The position numbers were made by a program, and so were the translations under genes. From positions 1-18,904 of the forward strand of contig JBFESZ010000038.1 of NCBI GenBank assembly GCA_041548245.1: a stretch of DNA of 18,904 nucleotides. The letters are read 5' to 3'. Position 1 is the first letter of the stretch, and every line of letters starts with the position of its first letter. The DNA comes from Sulfurimonadaceae bacterium. Lineage in GTDB: Bacteria > Campylobacterota > Campylobacteria > Campylobacterales > Sulfurimonadaceae. The notes beneath the pieces are model-generated. The model ran no database searches, was not told the DNA's origin, and was given only the letters and a program-made list of their open reading frames with translations. This document shows, piece by piece, positions 7,317 to 14,906 of this stretch.

Positions 7317-8903
7317 ATGATGACATCTGTAAAATCACGAATTATCGCTGCTATCGTCTTCTTCAGTCTTCTGGGCGTAAGTGGTATATACCTCTATCTC
7401 TCTTTGGCTTTTAATGATTTCTCAAACACAACGGCTAAAAAATCCTTGGACATGCTTTCTAAATCCGTTTTTCAGACACTTTCGCAAGGAATGCTGATGG
7501 GTGATTCTGGTGTCATGCAAAAAATTGTAGCCGATGCCGGTTCAATCGAGGGTGTAGAGAGTCTTAATGTGATACGTTCTGAAAAAGTAGCACAATTATA
7601 CGGTGTCAAACAGCAATCAGGTCAGGACAGTATGCTCAAACGTGTTTTTGCCTCAGCGAAAGAAGAGACGGTTGAACTGGATGAAGGTAAACATCATTTA
7701 CGATTAGTCAGACCATTAAAAGCAGAACAAAACTGTCTAAGTTGTCATGCCAATGCCAAGGTGGGGGATGTCTTGGGACTGATGGATCTGAGATTTTCCC
7801 TTGAAGATAACGATATCCAGATTGCACAGGCCAAAACAGCTCTTATTATCGCGCTGGTTATCGCCTGTCTTGCTTTTATGGCCGTAGCATCTCTTTTTTT
7901 TACCAAACAGGTTATAGAGCCTTTGAATGAGTTGCGTGACAATACACAAAATCTTGTCGATGGGGATAAGGATCTGACCAAAAGACTGCATGTGACATCT
8001 GAGAATGAGTTTGGCCTGGCAGCACATGCAGTAAACGATTTTGTAGATATGGTTCAGGACACTGTTAATGAGGTTAAAGAGTTGGGTGTACAGAACAGTT
8101 CCATCGCAGCAGGTATTACTAATGCCACACGCACAATCAGTGTCAGTGTGGAGAAGGAGAGAGATATCGTTAATGATACAACGATGAAGAGCGAATCGAT
8201 TAAAGCAATATTGGCTCGATCCATTGAAGTCGCTCAAGACACCCAGACAAAAGTAACGGCAGCAAACGAAGAACTTCTAGGTGCCAAATCAAGTCTGAAT
8301 ACTCTGGTTCAAGAGGTTGAAGGCTACATCGAGATTGAAGAGGAACTCTCAAGTGAACTGACGAACCTGCGCTCGGATGCGGATCAGGTCAAAAATGTAC
8401 TTAATGTCATCAAAGAGATAGCCGAACAGACGAATCTATTGGCATTGAACGCTGCAATTGAAGCCGCGCGGGCAGGTGAACATGGCCGCGGATTCGCAGT
8501 AGTTGCTGATGAGGTAAGAAAGCTGGCGGAGCGAACGCAAAAAAGCCTCAATGAGATCGAGATCAGTGTCAGTGCAATTGTGCAGTCTATCAATGATGTC
8601 AGTGACAAGATGAGTGAAAATGCAAGGAATATGGAAACACTGACGAGTGTATCCGCAGAAGTCGAAGAGAAAATCACATTGACATCTGCCGAGATGAATA
8701 ATTCTGTTGAGGTTGCAAAAAACTCTTATGATGATTCGGTAAAAATGGTCGAACATACTGAAGAGATCCTGCAAAAGATCTCAGAGATCAATAAGTATTC
8801 GCATTCCAATCAGCTCAGTGTCGAAGCGATCGAAGCAGATTCCGCACAGTTACTTGAGGTGGCAAAATCTTTGCAATCACGTATAAACGAGTTTAAAAGC
8901 TAG
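7317..8903 (+). CDS. Methyl-accepting chemotaxis protein with periplasmic c-type heme sensor domain
   Basis: 528 aa; TM1, periplasmic domain with CLSCH (nt 7734-7748), TM2, HAMP (IEPLNEL...DLTKRL...ENEFG), signalling tip [37 protein letters not shown]. Confidence 0.95.
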   Translation: MMTSVKSRIIAAIVFFSLLGVSGIYLYLSLAFNDFSNTTAKKSLDMLSKSVFQTLSQGMLMGDSGVMQKIVADAGSIEGVESLNVIRSEKVAQLYGVKQQSGQDSMLKRVFASAKEETVELDEGKHHLRLVRPLKAEQNCLSCHANAKVGDVLGLMDLRFSLEDNDIQIAQAKTALIIALVIACLAFMAVASLFFTKQVIEPLNELRDNTQNLVDGDKDLTKRLHVTSENEFGLAAHAVNDFVDMVQDTVNEVKELGVQNSSIAAGITNATRTISVSVEKERDIVNDTTMKSESIKAILARSIEVAQDTQTKVTAANEELLGAKSSLNTLVQEVEGYIEIEEELSSELTNLRSDADQVKNVLNVIKEIAEQTNLLALNAAIEAARAGEHGRGFAVVADEVRKLAERTQKSLNEIEISVSAIVQSINDVSDKMSENARNMETLTSVSAEVEEKITLTSAEMNNSVEVAKNSYDDSVKMVEHTEEILQKISEINKYSHSNQLSVEAIEADSAQLLEVAKSLQSRINEFKS

Positions 8904-8910
8904 TAAGTCT

Positions 8911-10209
8911 CTATTTCTTAGCAAAAAACTTGTAATAAAAACCGGCTATGGACTTAAGGGGAGCGCGGCTCACCGAGAGTGAGCCTTTCTCGATCTTGTC
9001 AGCTGTCACAGTGGTCCCTGCCGCAATGAGCACATCATCTTCGATGATGACAGGGGCGACTAACTGGGTGTCTGAACCGATAAAGACGTTTTTCCCGATG
9101 ATGGTCTGGTACTTTGCCTTGCCATCATAGTTACAGGTAATAACACCTGCACCGACATTTGTTCCCTCATCGACTTGAGCATCGCCAATATAAGAGAGAT
9201 GTCCGGCTTTGACACCTTTGAGTGTTGATTTCTTAATCTCTACAAAGTTTCCGATATGGGTGTCCTCAATATGTGAATGGGGACGGACATGGGCGAGTGG
9301 TCCGATATCAGAGTTCTTGATAATACTGTCTTCAATGACTGAACCGGATTTGATGTGGGCATTTTCTATCAGGGTATTTCCACACAAGCGCACCCCGTTT
9401 TCAATGACAGACTCACCAGTGAATGTCACGCCTTCTTCAATGTAAATAGTCGAAGGAAGTTGCATAGTGATTCCCTCTTTCATCCATTTTTCTTTAATAC
9501 GCTCTTGCATTATCTCTTCGGCTTTTGCAAGGTCCAGCTTGGAGTTTACACCCTTGAACTGCTCTTCATTGACGAGAAGGGGCTTGATGAGCAGACCATC
9601 GAGCTGCGCCATTGAAATGATATCGGTCAAATAGTATTCTGATTGGGCATTGTTATTAGAAAGGTTCGGAAGGTGTTTTTCAATGACGGACTTTGAAAAG
9701 CAGTAGATACCTGCATTGACCGTAGTTACTGCCTTTTCCTGTTCGGATGCATCCTTCTCTTCAACAATGCGCTGTACGCCTTGATCAGATATGATTACGC
9801 GCCCATATCCTGATGGGTCTTTTAAATCAAAGATTGACATTATGATATCGGAGTGAGAATCTTTAAACCCTTCCAAGGCCTCGGCAGTAATAAGCGGCAT
9901 ATCACCGTTGAGAACCAGAATTCTGTCATGACGCGGTTTGATGCCCATGACAGCTCCGCCTGTTCCAGGAAAGTTCTCGGCATCTTGGACAATAAAGTTG
10001 ATTCTGTCACCAAAGTGCTTGAGCATGGCTTCTTGAACAGCCTCTTTTTGATGGTGGATGACAACGCTGACATCATCAGAAACTTTCAAAGACTCTTTTA
10101 TAATAAAATAAAGCATCTCTTTGCCACTTATAGGATGGAGGACTTTTGCCGTAGATGATTTCATACGACTGCCTTTTCCAGCCGCCAAGATCACAATGGA
10201 TAAATTCAT
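8911..10209 (-). CDS. glmU: Bifunctional UDP-N-acetylglucosamine diphosphorylase/glucosamine-1-phosphate N-acetyltransferase
   Basis: 432 aa; VILAAGKGSRMKS, GTGGAV, LNGDMPL, GYGRV, EYYLTD, GVNS, hexapeptide repeats with IGNFVEIK, GHLSYIGDA, ITCNYDG. Confidence 0.97.
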   Translation of the reverse strand: MNLSIVILAAGKGSRMKSSTAKVLHPISGKEMLYFIIKESLKVSDDVSVVIHHQKEAVQEAMLKHFGDRINFIVQDAENFPGTGGAVMGIKPRHDRILVLNGDMPLITAEALEGFKDSHSDIIMSIFDLKDPSGYGRVIISDQGVQRIVEEKDASEQEKAVTTVNAGIYCFSKSVIEKHLPNLSNNNAQSEYYLTDIISMAQLDGLLIKPLLVNEEQFKGVNSKLDLAKAEEIMQERIKEKWMKEGITMQLPSTIYIEEGVTFTGESVIENGVRLCGNTLIENAHIKSGSVIEDSIIKNSDIGPLAHVRPHSHIEDTHIGNFVEIKKSTLKGVKAGHLSYIGDAQVDEGTNVGAGVITCNYDGKAKYQTIIGKNVFIGSDTQLVAPVIIEDDVLIAAGTTVTADKIEKGSLSVSRAPLKSIAGFYYKFFAKK

Positions 10210-10242
10210 AAATAAAGCTCACTCTTTTGTAGATTTCATGCA

Positions 10243-10250
10243 ATTGTAAC
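10243..10250 (-). promoter_or_regulatory. Putative sigma70 -10 box for glmU
   Basis: The minus strand reads gtTACAAT (gnTAnaAT Campylobacterota-type consensus) about 33 nt upstream of the glmU ATG, with a T-tract upstream. Confidence 0.45.
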
Positions 10251-10300
10251 TAAAAAGTAAAACAATAACGCTTTGACTTTGGGTGTTGCCTCCCAAAAGG

Positions 10301-10327
10301 TAATGTTTTTGTAAAAACAACCGATCT
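10301..10327 (+). promoter_or_regulatory. Putative sigma28 (FliA) promoter
   Basis: TAATGTTT-N11-ACCGATCT versus the consensus TAAAGTTT-N11-GCCGATAA, with exact spacing, upstream of flagellar stator genes. Confidence 0.6.
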
Positions 10328-10332
10328 TGGAT

Positions 10333-10393
10333 AAAGAAACTTCACATATAAGGGTGAGTTGTCTTTGATAGGCTTTGTTTAAGCTTGTTTTTT
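10333..10393 (+). ncRNA. Candidate sigma28-driven small RNA or structured leader (hairpin plus terminator-like hairpin)
   Basis: Stem AAAGAAACTTCAC/GTGAGTTGTCTTT (12 bp, two bulges, loop ATATAAGG, 10333-10366), then AGGCTT-tgttt-AAGCTT followed by gTTTTTT (10370-10393). Confidence 0.35.
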
Positions 10394-10447
10394 AAAAATT
10401 AAGTAATAATTATGTTACTTTTAAAACTAATATTTTTTGGGGTTTTG

Positions 10448-11212
10448 ATGGATTTAGCAACGGTCATAGGTCTTGTGTTAATTATTGCACTTTTGTTTGG
10501 TGCGATGGCAATGGGTGTGGGGATCGGTGCCTATATCGATATTCCTTCTGTATTGATCGTAATCGGTGGTTCACTTGGGTCACTTCTGGTTGGTTTCAAG
10601 ATGGAGCAGATGAAGAGCTTCGTCAAGATCTTCATGATAGCGGTCAAGCCGCCGCAAGAGGACCTTCAGGAACTCATTAAAAAACTTGTCGAGTATGCGA
10701 CGCAGGCACGTCGTGATGGTATTCTCTCTTTGGAAGCAGCTGCGAATGTGGAAGAGAACAAGTTTTTAAAACAGGGCCTGTCGATGGCTGTCGATGGAAA
10801 TGAACCGGATACGATCCGCGATCTGCTTGAGATTGAGATGGAGCAGACCAGTACACGTCATAAGGGGAATGCGGCCATATTTGATCAATGGGCCGGATTC
10901 GCCGGAGCTATGGGTATGATCGGTACGCTTATCGGTCTGGTGGCGATGCTCTTGAACATGGCGGACCCTTCTGCTATCGGTCCTTCAATGGCTGTTGCCT
11001 TGCTGACTACGATGTACGGGGCAATGATCGGTAATATCTTTGGTGCGCCTATTGCGAATATCCTTCTTATACGTAATGATGAAGAGAACCTGATTAAAGA
11101 GGTTGTCTTGGAAGGGATTATGTCAATTCAGGCAGGAGATAATCCACGTACGCTTGAAGCGAAACTTCTCTCTTTCCTTTCGCCTAGCGATCGCGTTAGT
11201 CAGTTTGAATAG
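10448..11212 (+). CDS. motA: Flagellar stator protein MotA/PomA (PomA-like)
   Basis: Likely start is ATG 10448 (MDLATVIG, a PomA-like N-terminus) rather than 10412; ARRDGILSLE, AMGMIGTLIGLVAML, AIGPSMAVALLTTMYG, IQAGDNP. Confidence 0.95.
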   Translation: MDLATVIGLVLIIALLFGAMAMGVGIGAYIDIPSVLIVIGGSLGSLLVGFKMEQMKSFVKIFMIAVKPPQEDLQELIKKLVEYATQARRDGILSLEAAANVEENKFLKQGLSMAVDGNEPDTIRDLLEIEMEQTSTRHKGNAAIFDQWAGFAGAMGMIGTLIGLVAMLLNMADPSAIGPSMAVALLTTMYGAMIGNIFGAPIANILLIRNDEENLIKEVVLEGIMSIQAGDNPRTLEAKLLSFLSPSDRVSQFE

Positions 11213-11227
11213 GAATAGGGTCGTATA

Positions 11228-12013
11228 ATGGGAAAAAAAGCAGCACCGTGTGACTGCCCTAAATGTCTTCCGGCGTGGTTGGCAGCCTTTGGCGATCTTA
11301 TGTCACTGCTTCTTTGTTTTTTCGTTCTTCTTCTTTCCATGTCAAGTATGGATGCCAAAAAGATATCAGAGGCTATCGGTTCACTTGCGGGTGCGATGAG
11401 CGTACTTGAGGGTGGAACAAAGACAGAGATATCCAAGCAGCGTATTCTAGAGTCCACTCCGATAGAGGCACGTGATGAGAGTTCACAGCAGGTCAATCGC
11501 ATCAAACAGGCAATTGCTGAGATGAATGAGATGATGGAAAAGGGCAAGGGCCCTGCTGTGACACTCGCCGAGAGTGAGCAGGGGTTTGTGTTGCGCCTTC
11601 CTGCCAGCCTGCTTTTTAAATCGGGTGAGTCAAAGATCGAGAATGAAGATGCCTTGCTTTTTTTAAAGCGTATCGCTTTGCTGGTGCAGGAGCTTCCTAA
11701 TGATCTTGAAGTAAGCGTGCGTGGACATACGGACAACAGTGTCCCGGGTAAGAGCAGTGCCTATCAGGACAATTGGGAGCTCTCTTCCCAGCGTGCTACA
11801 TCCGTATTAAAAGAGCTTCTTCTCAGTGGTGTCAAGCCAAACAGAATGCACGCAGCCGGGTTTGCAGAATTCAGACCGGAAGCAAGCAATGAGACAGAAG
11901 AGGGACGTGAGAAAAACCGTCGTGTTGAACTCTATTTTTATGCGAACAAGAATGATCAAAAAAGTGAGCTTAAAAAATCGATACTTGATAAGGCAGAAGC
12001 ACTAAATCAATGA
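11228..12013 (+). CDS. motB: Flagellar stator protein MotB/PomB (PomB-like), OmpA-like peptidoglycan-binding domain
   Basis: 261 aa; WLAAFGDLMSLLLCFFVLLLSMS TM with the essential Asp; LLFKSG, VRGHTDN, NWELSSQRA, NRRVEL. Confidence 0.95.
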   Translation: MGKKAAPCDCPKCLPAWLAAFGDLMSLLLCFFVLLLSMSSMDAKKISEAIGSLAGAMSVLEGGTKTEISKQRILESTPIEARDESSQQVNRIKQAIAEMNEMMEKGKGPAVTLAESEQGFVLRLPASLLFKSGESKIENEDALLFLKRIALLVQELPNDLEVSVRGHTDNSVPGKSSAYQDNWELSSQRATSVLKELLLSGVKPNRMHAAGFAEFRPEASNETEEGREKNRRVELYFYANKNDQKSELKKSILDKAEALNQ

Positions 12014-12744
12014 TGAAATATTTAACGCTCCTTCTTCTTCTGTGTATCAGTGTTTTTGCTGAGACCCTGGAAGTACCAACCGTAAACCTCTCTCTCTCCT
12101 CACCTGACTCGCCGGCGGCACTGGTTAACTCGATCAATGTCATCTTGATGCTGACAATACTCTTTTTAGCTCCGAGTCTGTTACTCATGACGACGACTTT
12201 TACACGGTTTGTCATTGTGTTCGGTTTTCTTCGTCAAGCGCTGGGAACACAGCAGATCCCGCCTACGCAACTCCTGGTTTCGCTCGCTTTACTTCTGACT
12301 ATTTTTATTATGGAGCCGGTAGGAACGAAAGCGTATGAACAGGGGATAAAACCTTATGTTGAAGAGAAGATATCCTATGAAGTCGCTTTTGAGAAGACAA
12401 CAGAGCCGTTTAAAAACTTTATGATCAGAAACACAAGGGAGAAGGACCTGGCACTTTTTTTCAGGATTCGCAACATGCAAAATCCAAAGAGCATAAAAGA
12501 TGTGCCGCTTTCTGTTGTCATACCGGCCTTTATGATCAGTGAGCTTAAGACAGCTTTTGAGATCGGGTTCTTGCTCTTTTTGCCTTTTCTTGTCATTGAC
12601 ATGGTTGTCGCTTCCATCCTGATGTCCATGGGTATGATGATGCTCCCTCCGGTGATGATATCTTTGCCGTTCAAGGTACTGGTCTTTGTCCTGGTAGACG
12701 GATGGAATCTGTTGATAGGTAATCTGATAGCGAGTATAAAATAG
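12010..12744 (+). CDS. fliP: Flagellar export gate protein FliP
   Basis: 244 aa; N-terminal signal peptide, LAPSLLLMTTTFTRFVIV, LRQALGTQQIPP, PAFMISELKTAFEIG, GMMMLPP, FVLVDGW. ATGA overlap with motB. Confidence 0.97.
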   Translation: MMKYLTLLLLLCISVFAETLEVPTVNLSLSSPDSPAALVNSINVILMLTILFLAPSLLLMTTTFTRFVIVFGFLRQALGTQQIPPTQLLVSLALLLTIFIMEPVGTKAYEQGIKPYVEEKISYEVAFEKTTEPFKNFMIRNTREKDLALFFRIRNMQNPKSIKDVPLSVVIPAFMISELKTAFEIGFLLFLPFLVIDMVVASILMSMGMMMLPPVMISLPFKVLVFVLVDGWNLLIGNLIASIK

Positions 12745-12754
12745 ATTTAGGAAT

Positions 12755-13870
12755 ATGATGAATTGTGAACATTTTGGAGTATGCGGTAGCTGTAAATTGT
12801 ATGAGTCCTCTTATGATGAGCAGTTGGCATCAAAGCTGGCTACTGTCCAAGAACAGTTTAGTACTATCTACAAGGGGAGTTTCGATGTAGCCAGGTCGGA
12901 CGAATCACACTACAGAGCGCGCAGCGAGTTTAAGCTTTGGCACAAGGATGATGATATCTTTTATGCGATGAACACCCTAGACAAACAGGGTGTCGTGACA
13001 ATTAATGAATGTCCAATGGTCAATGAGAGCATAGCCGAACTGATGCCAAAGCTCTTAGAAGCCCTGCAGCAAAAGAAGATGGCTACGAAACTCTTTAACA
13101 TTGACTTTCTTTCAACGACCAAAGGCGAGATAGTGGTAAGCCTTATCTATCATCAGAAGCTCGATGAGATATGGAAATCACTCGCAGACGAACTTAGCGA
13201 AGAGTTGAATATCCATATCATTGGAAGAAGCCGAAAGCAGAAGGTTGTCATCTCTCAGGATTATGTGACGGAGACACTGGTTTTTAATAATAGAAGCTAT
13301 CATTTCAAACAGATTGAGAACTCTTTTACCCAGCCAAATCCCCATGTCAATGAACAGATGGTCACTTGGGCTCTGAAACAGACGGAAGGCTCAAGCGGTG
13401 ATTTGCTTGAACTCTATTGCGGTGCAGGAAATTTCACCATTCCTTTTGCCAGCGTGTTTGACAAAGTCTTGGCTACGGAGATATCAAAAAGTTCTATCAA
13501 TGCGGCAAAGGAGAATATGCGTTTAAATGATACACACAATATTGAGTTTGTGCGCATGAGCAGTGAGGAGTTTACGGAAGCGCTTGACGGTGTACGGGAG
13601 TTTAGACGCATGAAAGAGATTGATTTAAGTGCTTATACACTCAAAACCCTCTTTGTGGATCCTCCCCGAAGTGGCCTGGATGAAAAATCAAGGGCATTTT
13701 GTAGACGTTTTGAGCATCTGATCTATATCTCATGTAATCCAGAGACACTCAAGCGTGATCTGGAAGACCTTCATGATGAATTTGAAGTGATTCAGATGGC
13801 TGCATTCGACCAGTTTCCTTATACCCATCACCTGGAGATGGGAGCAGTATTGAAAAAAAGAGTAGCGTGA
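12755..13870 (+). CDS. trmA: tRNA (uracil(54)-C5)-methyltransferase TrmA
   Basis: 371 aa; HYRARSEFKLWH, ENSFTQPN, DLLELYCGAGNF, LATEISK, REFRRM, FVDPPRSG, YISCNP (catalytic Cys), FDQFPYTHHLE. Confidence 0.93.
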   Translation: MMNCEHFGVCGSCKLYESSYDEQLASKLATVQEQFSTIYKGSFDVARSDESHYRARSEFKLWHKDDDIFYAMNTLDKQGVVTINECPMVNESIAELMPKLLEALQQKKMATKLFNIDFLSTTKGEIVVSLIYHQKLDEIWKSLADELSEELNIHIIGRSRKQKVVISQDYVTETLVFNNRSYHFKQIENSFTQPNPHVNEQMVTWALKQTEGSSGDLLELYCGAGNFTIPFASVFDKVLATEISKSSINAAKENMRLNDTHNIEFVRMSSEEFTEALDGVREFRRMKEIDLSAYTLKTLFVDPPRSGLDEKSRAFCRRFEHLIYISCNPETLKRDLEDLHDEFEVIQMAAFDQFPYTHHLEMGAVLKKRVA

Positions 13871-14892
13871 TGGGCAGATATTTTTTTGCATTTACACTCT
13901 CTTTTGGCATGAGTATCCTGCTTTTGGGTGATGAACTGATGAGTGAACGTATCCAGAGTGTAGTGGATGAAGTAAGCGAATTGAGAGCGCGCTATGAACA
14001 CTCAGTAGAACAAAACAGTGCCTGTATGCAGCAGCTTGGTGAACAGCAAAGACGAATGGATAAGATAGCGAAAAACGAAGGCTATGATTACAGGCTCTTT
14101 GAAGAGAACCGCAAGCGATTGAGCATGCTCGAGGCGGAGAATGAAGAGCTTAAAAAAGCTTCGACAGGCGGTGTGATTGCGAAGAAAGAGTTGGAGTCTT
14201 TGCATAAAGAGATAGAGATCATAAAACGAGAGAACATGCGTTTAAACAGCTCTGCCGATATTTTGGTCGAGAAAAACCATGTACTTTTGGAGCAACTCAA
14301 CAGGTTAAAGCGTGCGGAGACAAAAGAGGGTGAGAAGAAGGAAAATACCCCAGAACTTACCGATCTAAAAAGTGCGTTTGTGAAAGAACAGCAGATGAAA
14401 ATAGCATTGCAAGAGAGATTGCAGATGGCCCTGAACGAGATGAATAAACTCATTCAAGAGAACAAGGCTCTTAGTGAGAAGCTTCAGGATGAAGGTCTGG
14501 CTTCAGTGGCTGAGTGCGAGCCTGAGCGCGTCATTCATGAATGCCAGGATGACAACCCTTTTCCACAGCTTATGATGAAAGAGAAAAAAGAGGTTCTCCC
14601 GCAGAAGGAAGACGCAGAGATTACCATCACCGTCAACAAGACACCTCAAGTAGCACTTAAACCCGAACGCATCATCACAACAACTGGCAATGCATACAGA
14701 ATGAACAAAGAAGCTCAGGTATATGATGCTCCCGATGGAAAACCGATTGAGCTCTGGGAAGAGAAGACCTCATTTACGAGTAATGTCTTCGAGGGAGATT
14801 GGATCAAAATCACCGGTCATTTTGTTGATAGAATATGGCAAAAATCTACAAAAGATATGTGGGTCAAATCCGAAGACACGCTTAAGCGATAA
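13870..14892 (+). CDS. Exported or membrane-anchored coiled-coil protein with C-terminal SH3-like domain (hypothetical)
   Basis: Start is ATG 13870 (TGATG overlap with trmA) or GTG 13867. Hydrophobic N-terminus, about 190 aa of heptad-rich E/K/L helix, a Pro/Cys linker, and C-terminal AQVYDAPDGKPI...GDWIKI...MWV resembling bacterial SH3b. Confidence 0.75.
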   Translation: MGRYFFAFTLSFGMSILLLGDELMSERIQSVVDEVSELRARYEHSVEQNSACMQQLGEQQRRMDKIAKNEGYDYRLFEENRKRLSMLEAENEELKKASTGGVIAKKELESLHKEIEIIKRENMRLNSSADILVEKNHVLLEQLNRLKRAETKEGEKKENTPELTDLKSAFVKEQQMKIALQERLQMALNEMNKLIQENKALSEKLQDEGLASVAECEPERVIHECQDDNPFPQLMMKEKKEVLPQKEDAEITITVNKTPQVALKPERIITTTGNAYRMNKEAQVYDAPDGKPIELWEEKTSFTSNVFEGDWIKITGHFVDRIWQKSTKDMWVKSEDTLKR

Positions 14893-14906
14893 GAGTGCTA
14901 TCTTCT

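Noticed and set aside
7737-8774. Antisense ORFs within the MCP gene (166, 78, 97 and 112 aa) and similar shadow ORFs elsewhere (for example 11200..11736, 5653..6054, 14088..14453)
   Set aside because: They overlap well-supported genes, show no recognisable motifs, and are explained by codon bias of the sense strand.
10412-10447. ORF-track start of motA at 10412 (MLLLKLIFFGVL extension)
   Set aside because: The homologous N-terminus begins MDLAT at ATG 10448, which has a GGGG SD-like element. The upstream ATG lies in AT-rich intergenic DNA with no SD.
12088-12098. (CT)5C tract in fliP as a phase-variation site (H. pylori fliP is phase-variable through a poly-C tract)
   Set aside because: Too short to be hypermutable, explained by Leu/Ser codons, and the frame is intact. 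This fliP has no long poly-C tract.
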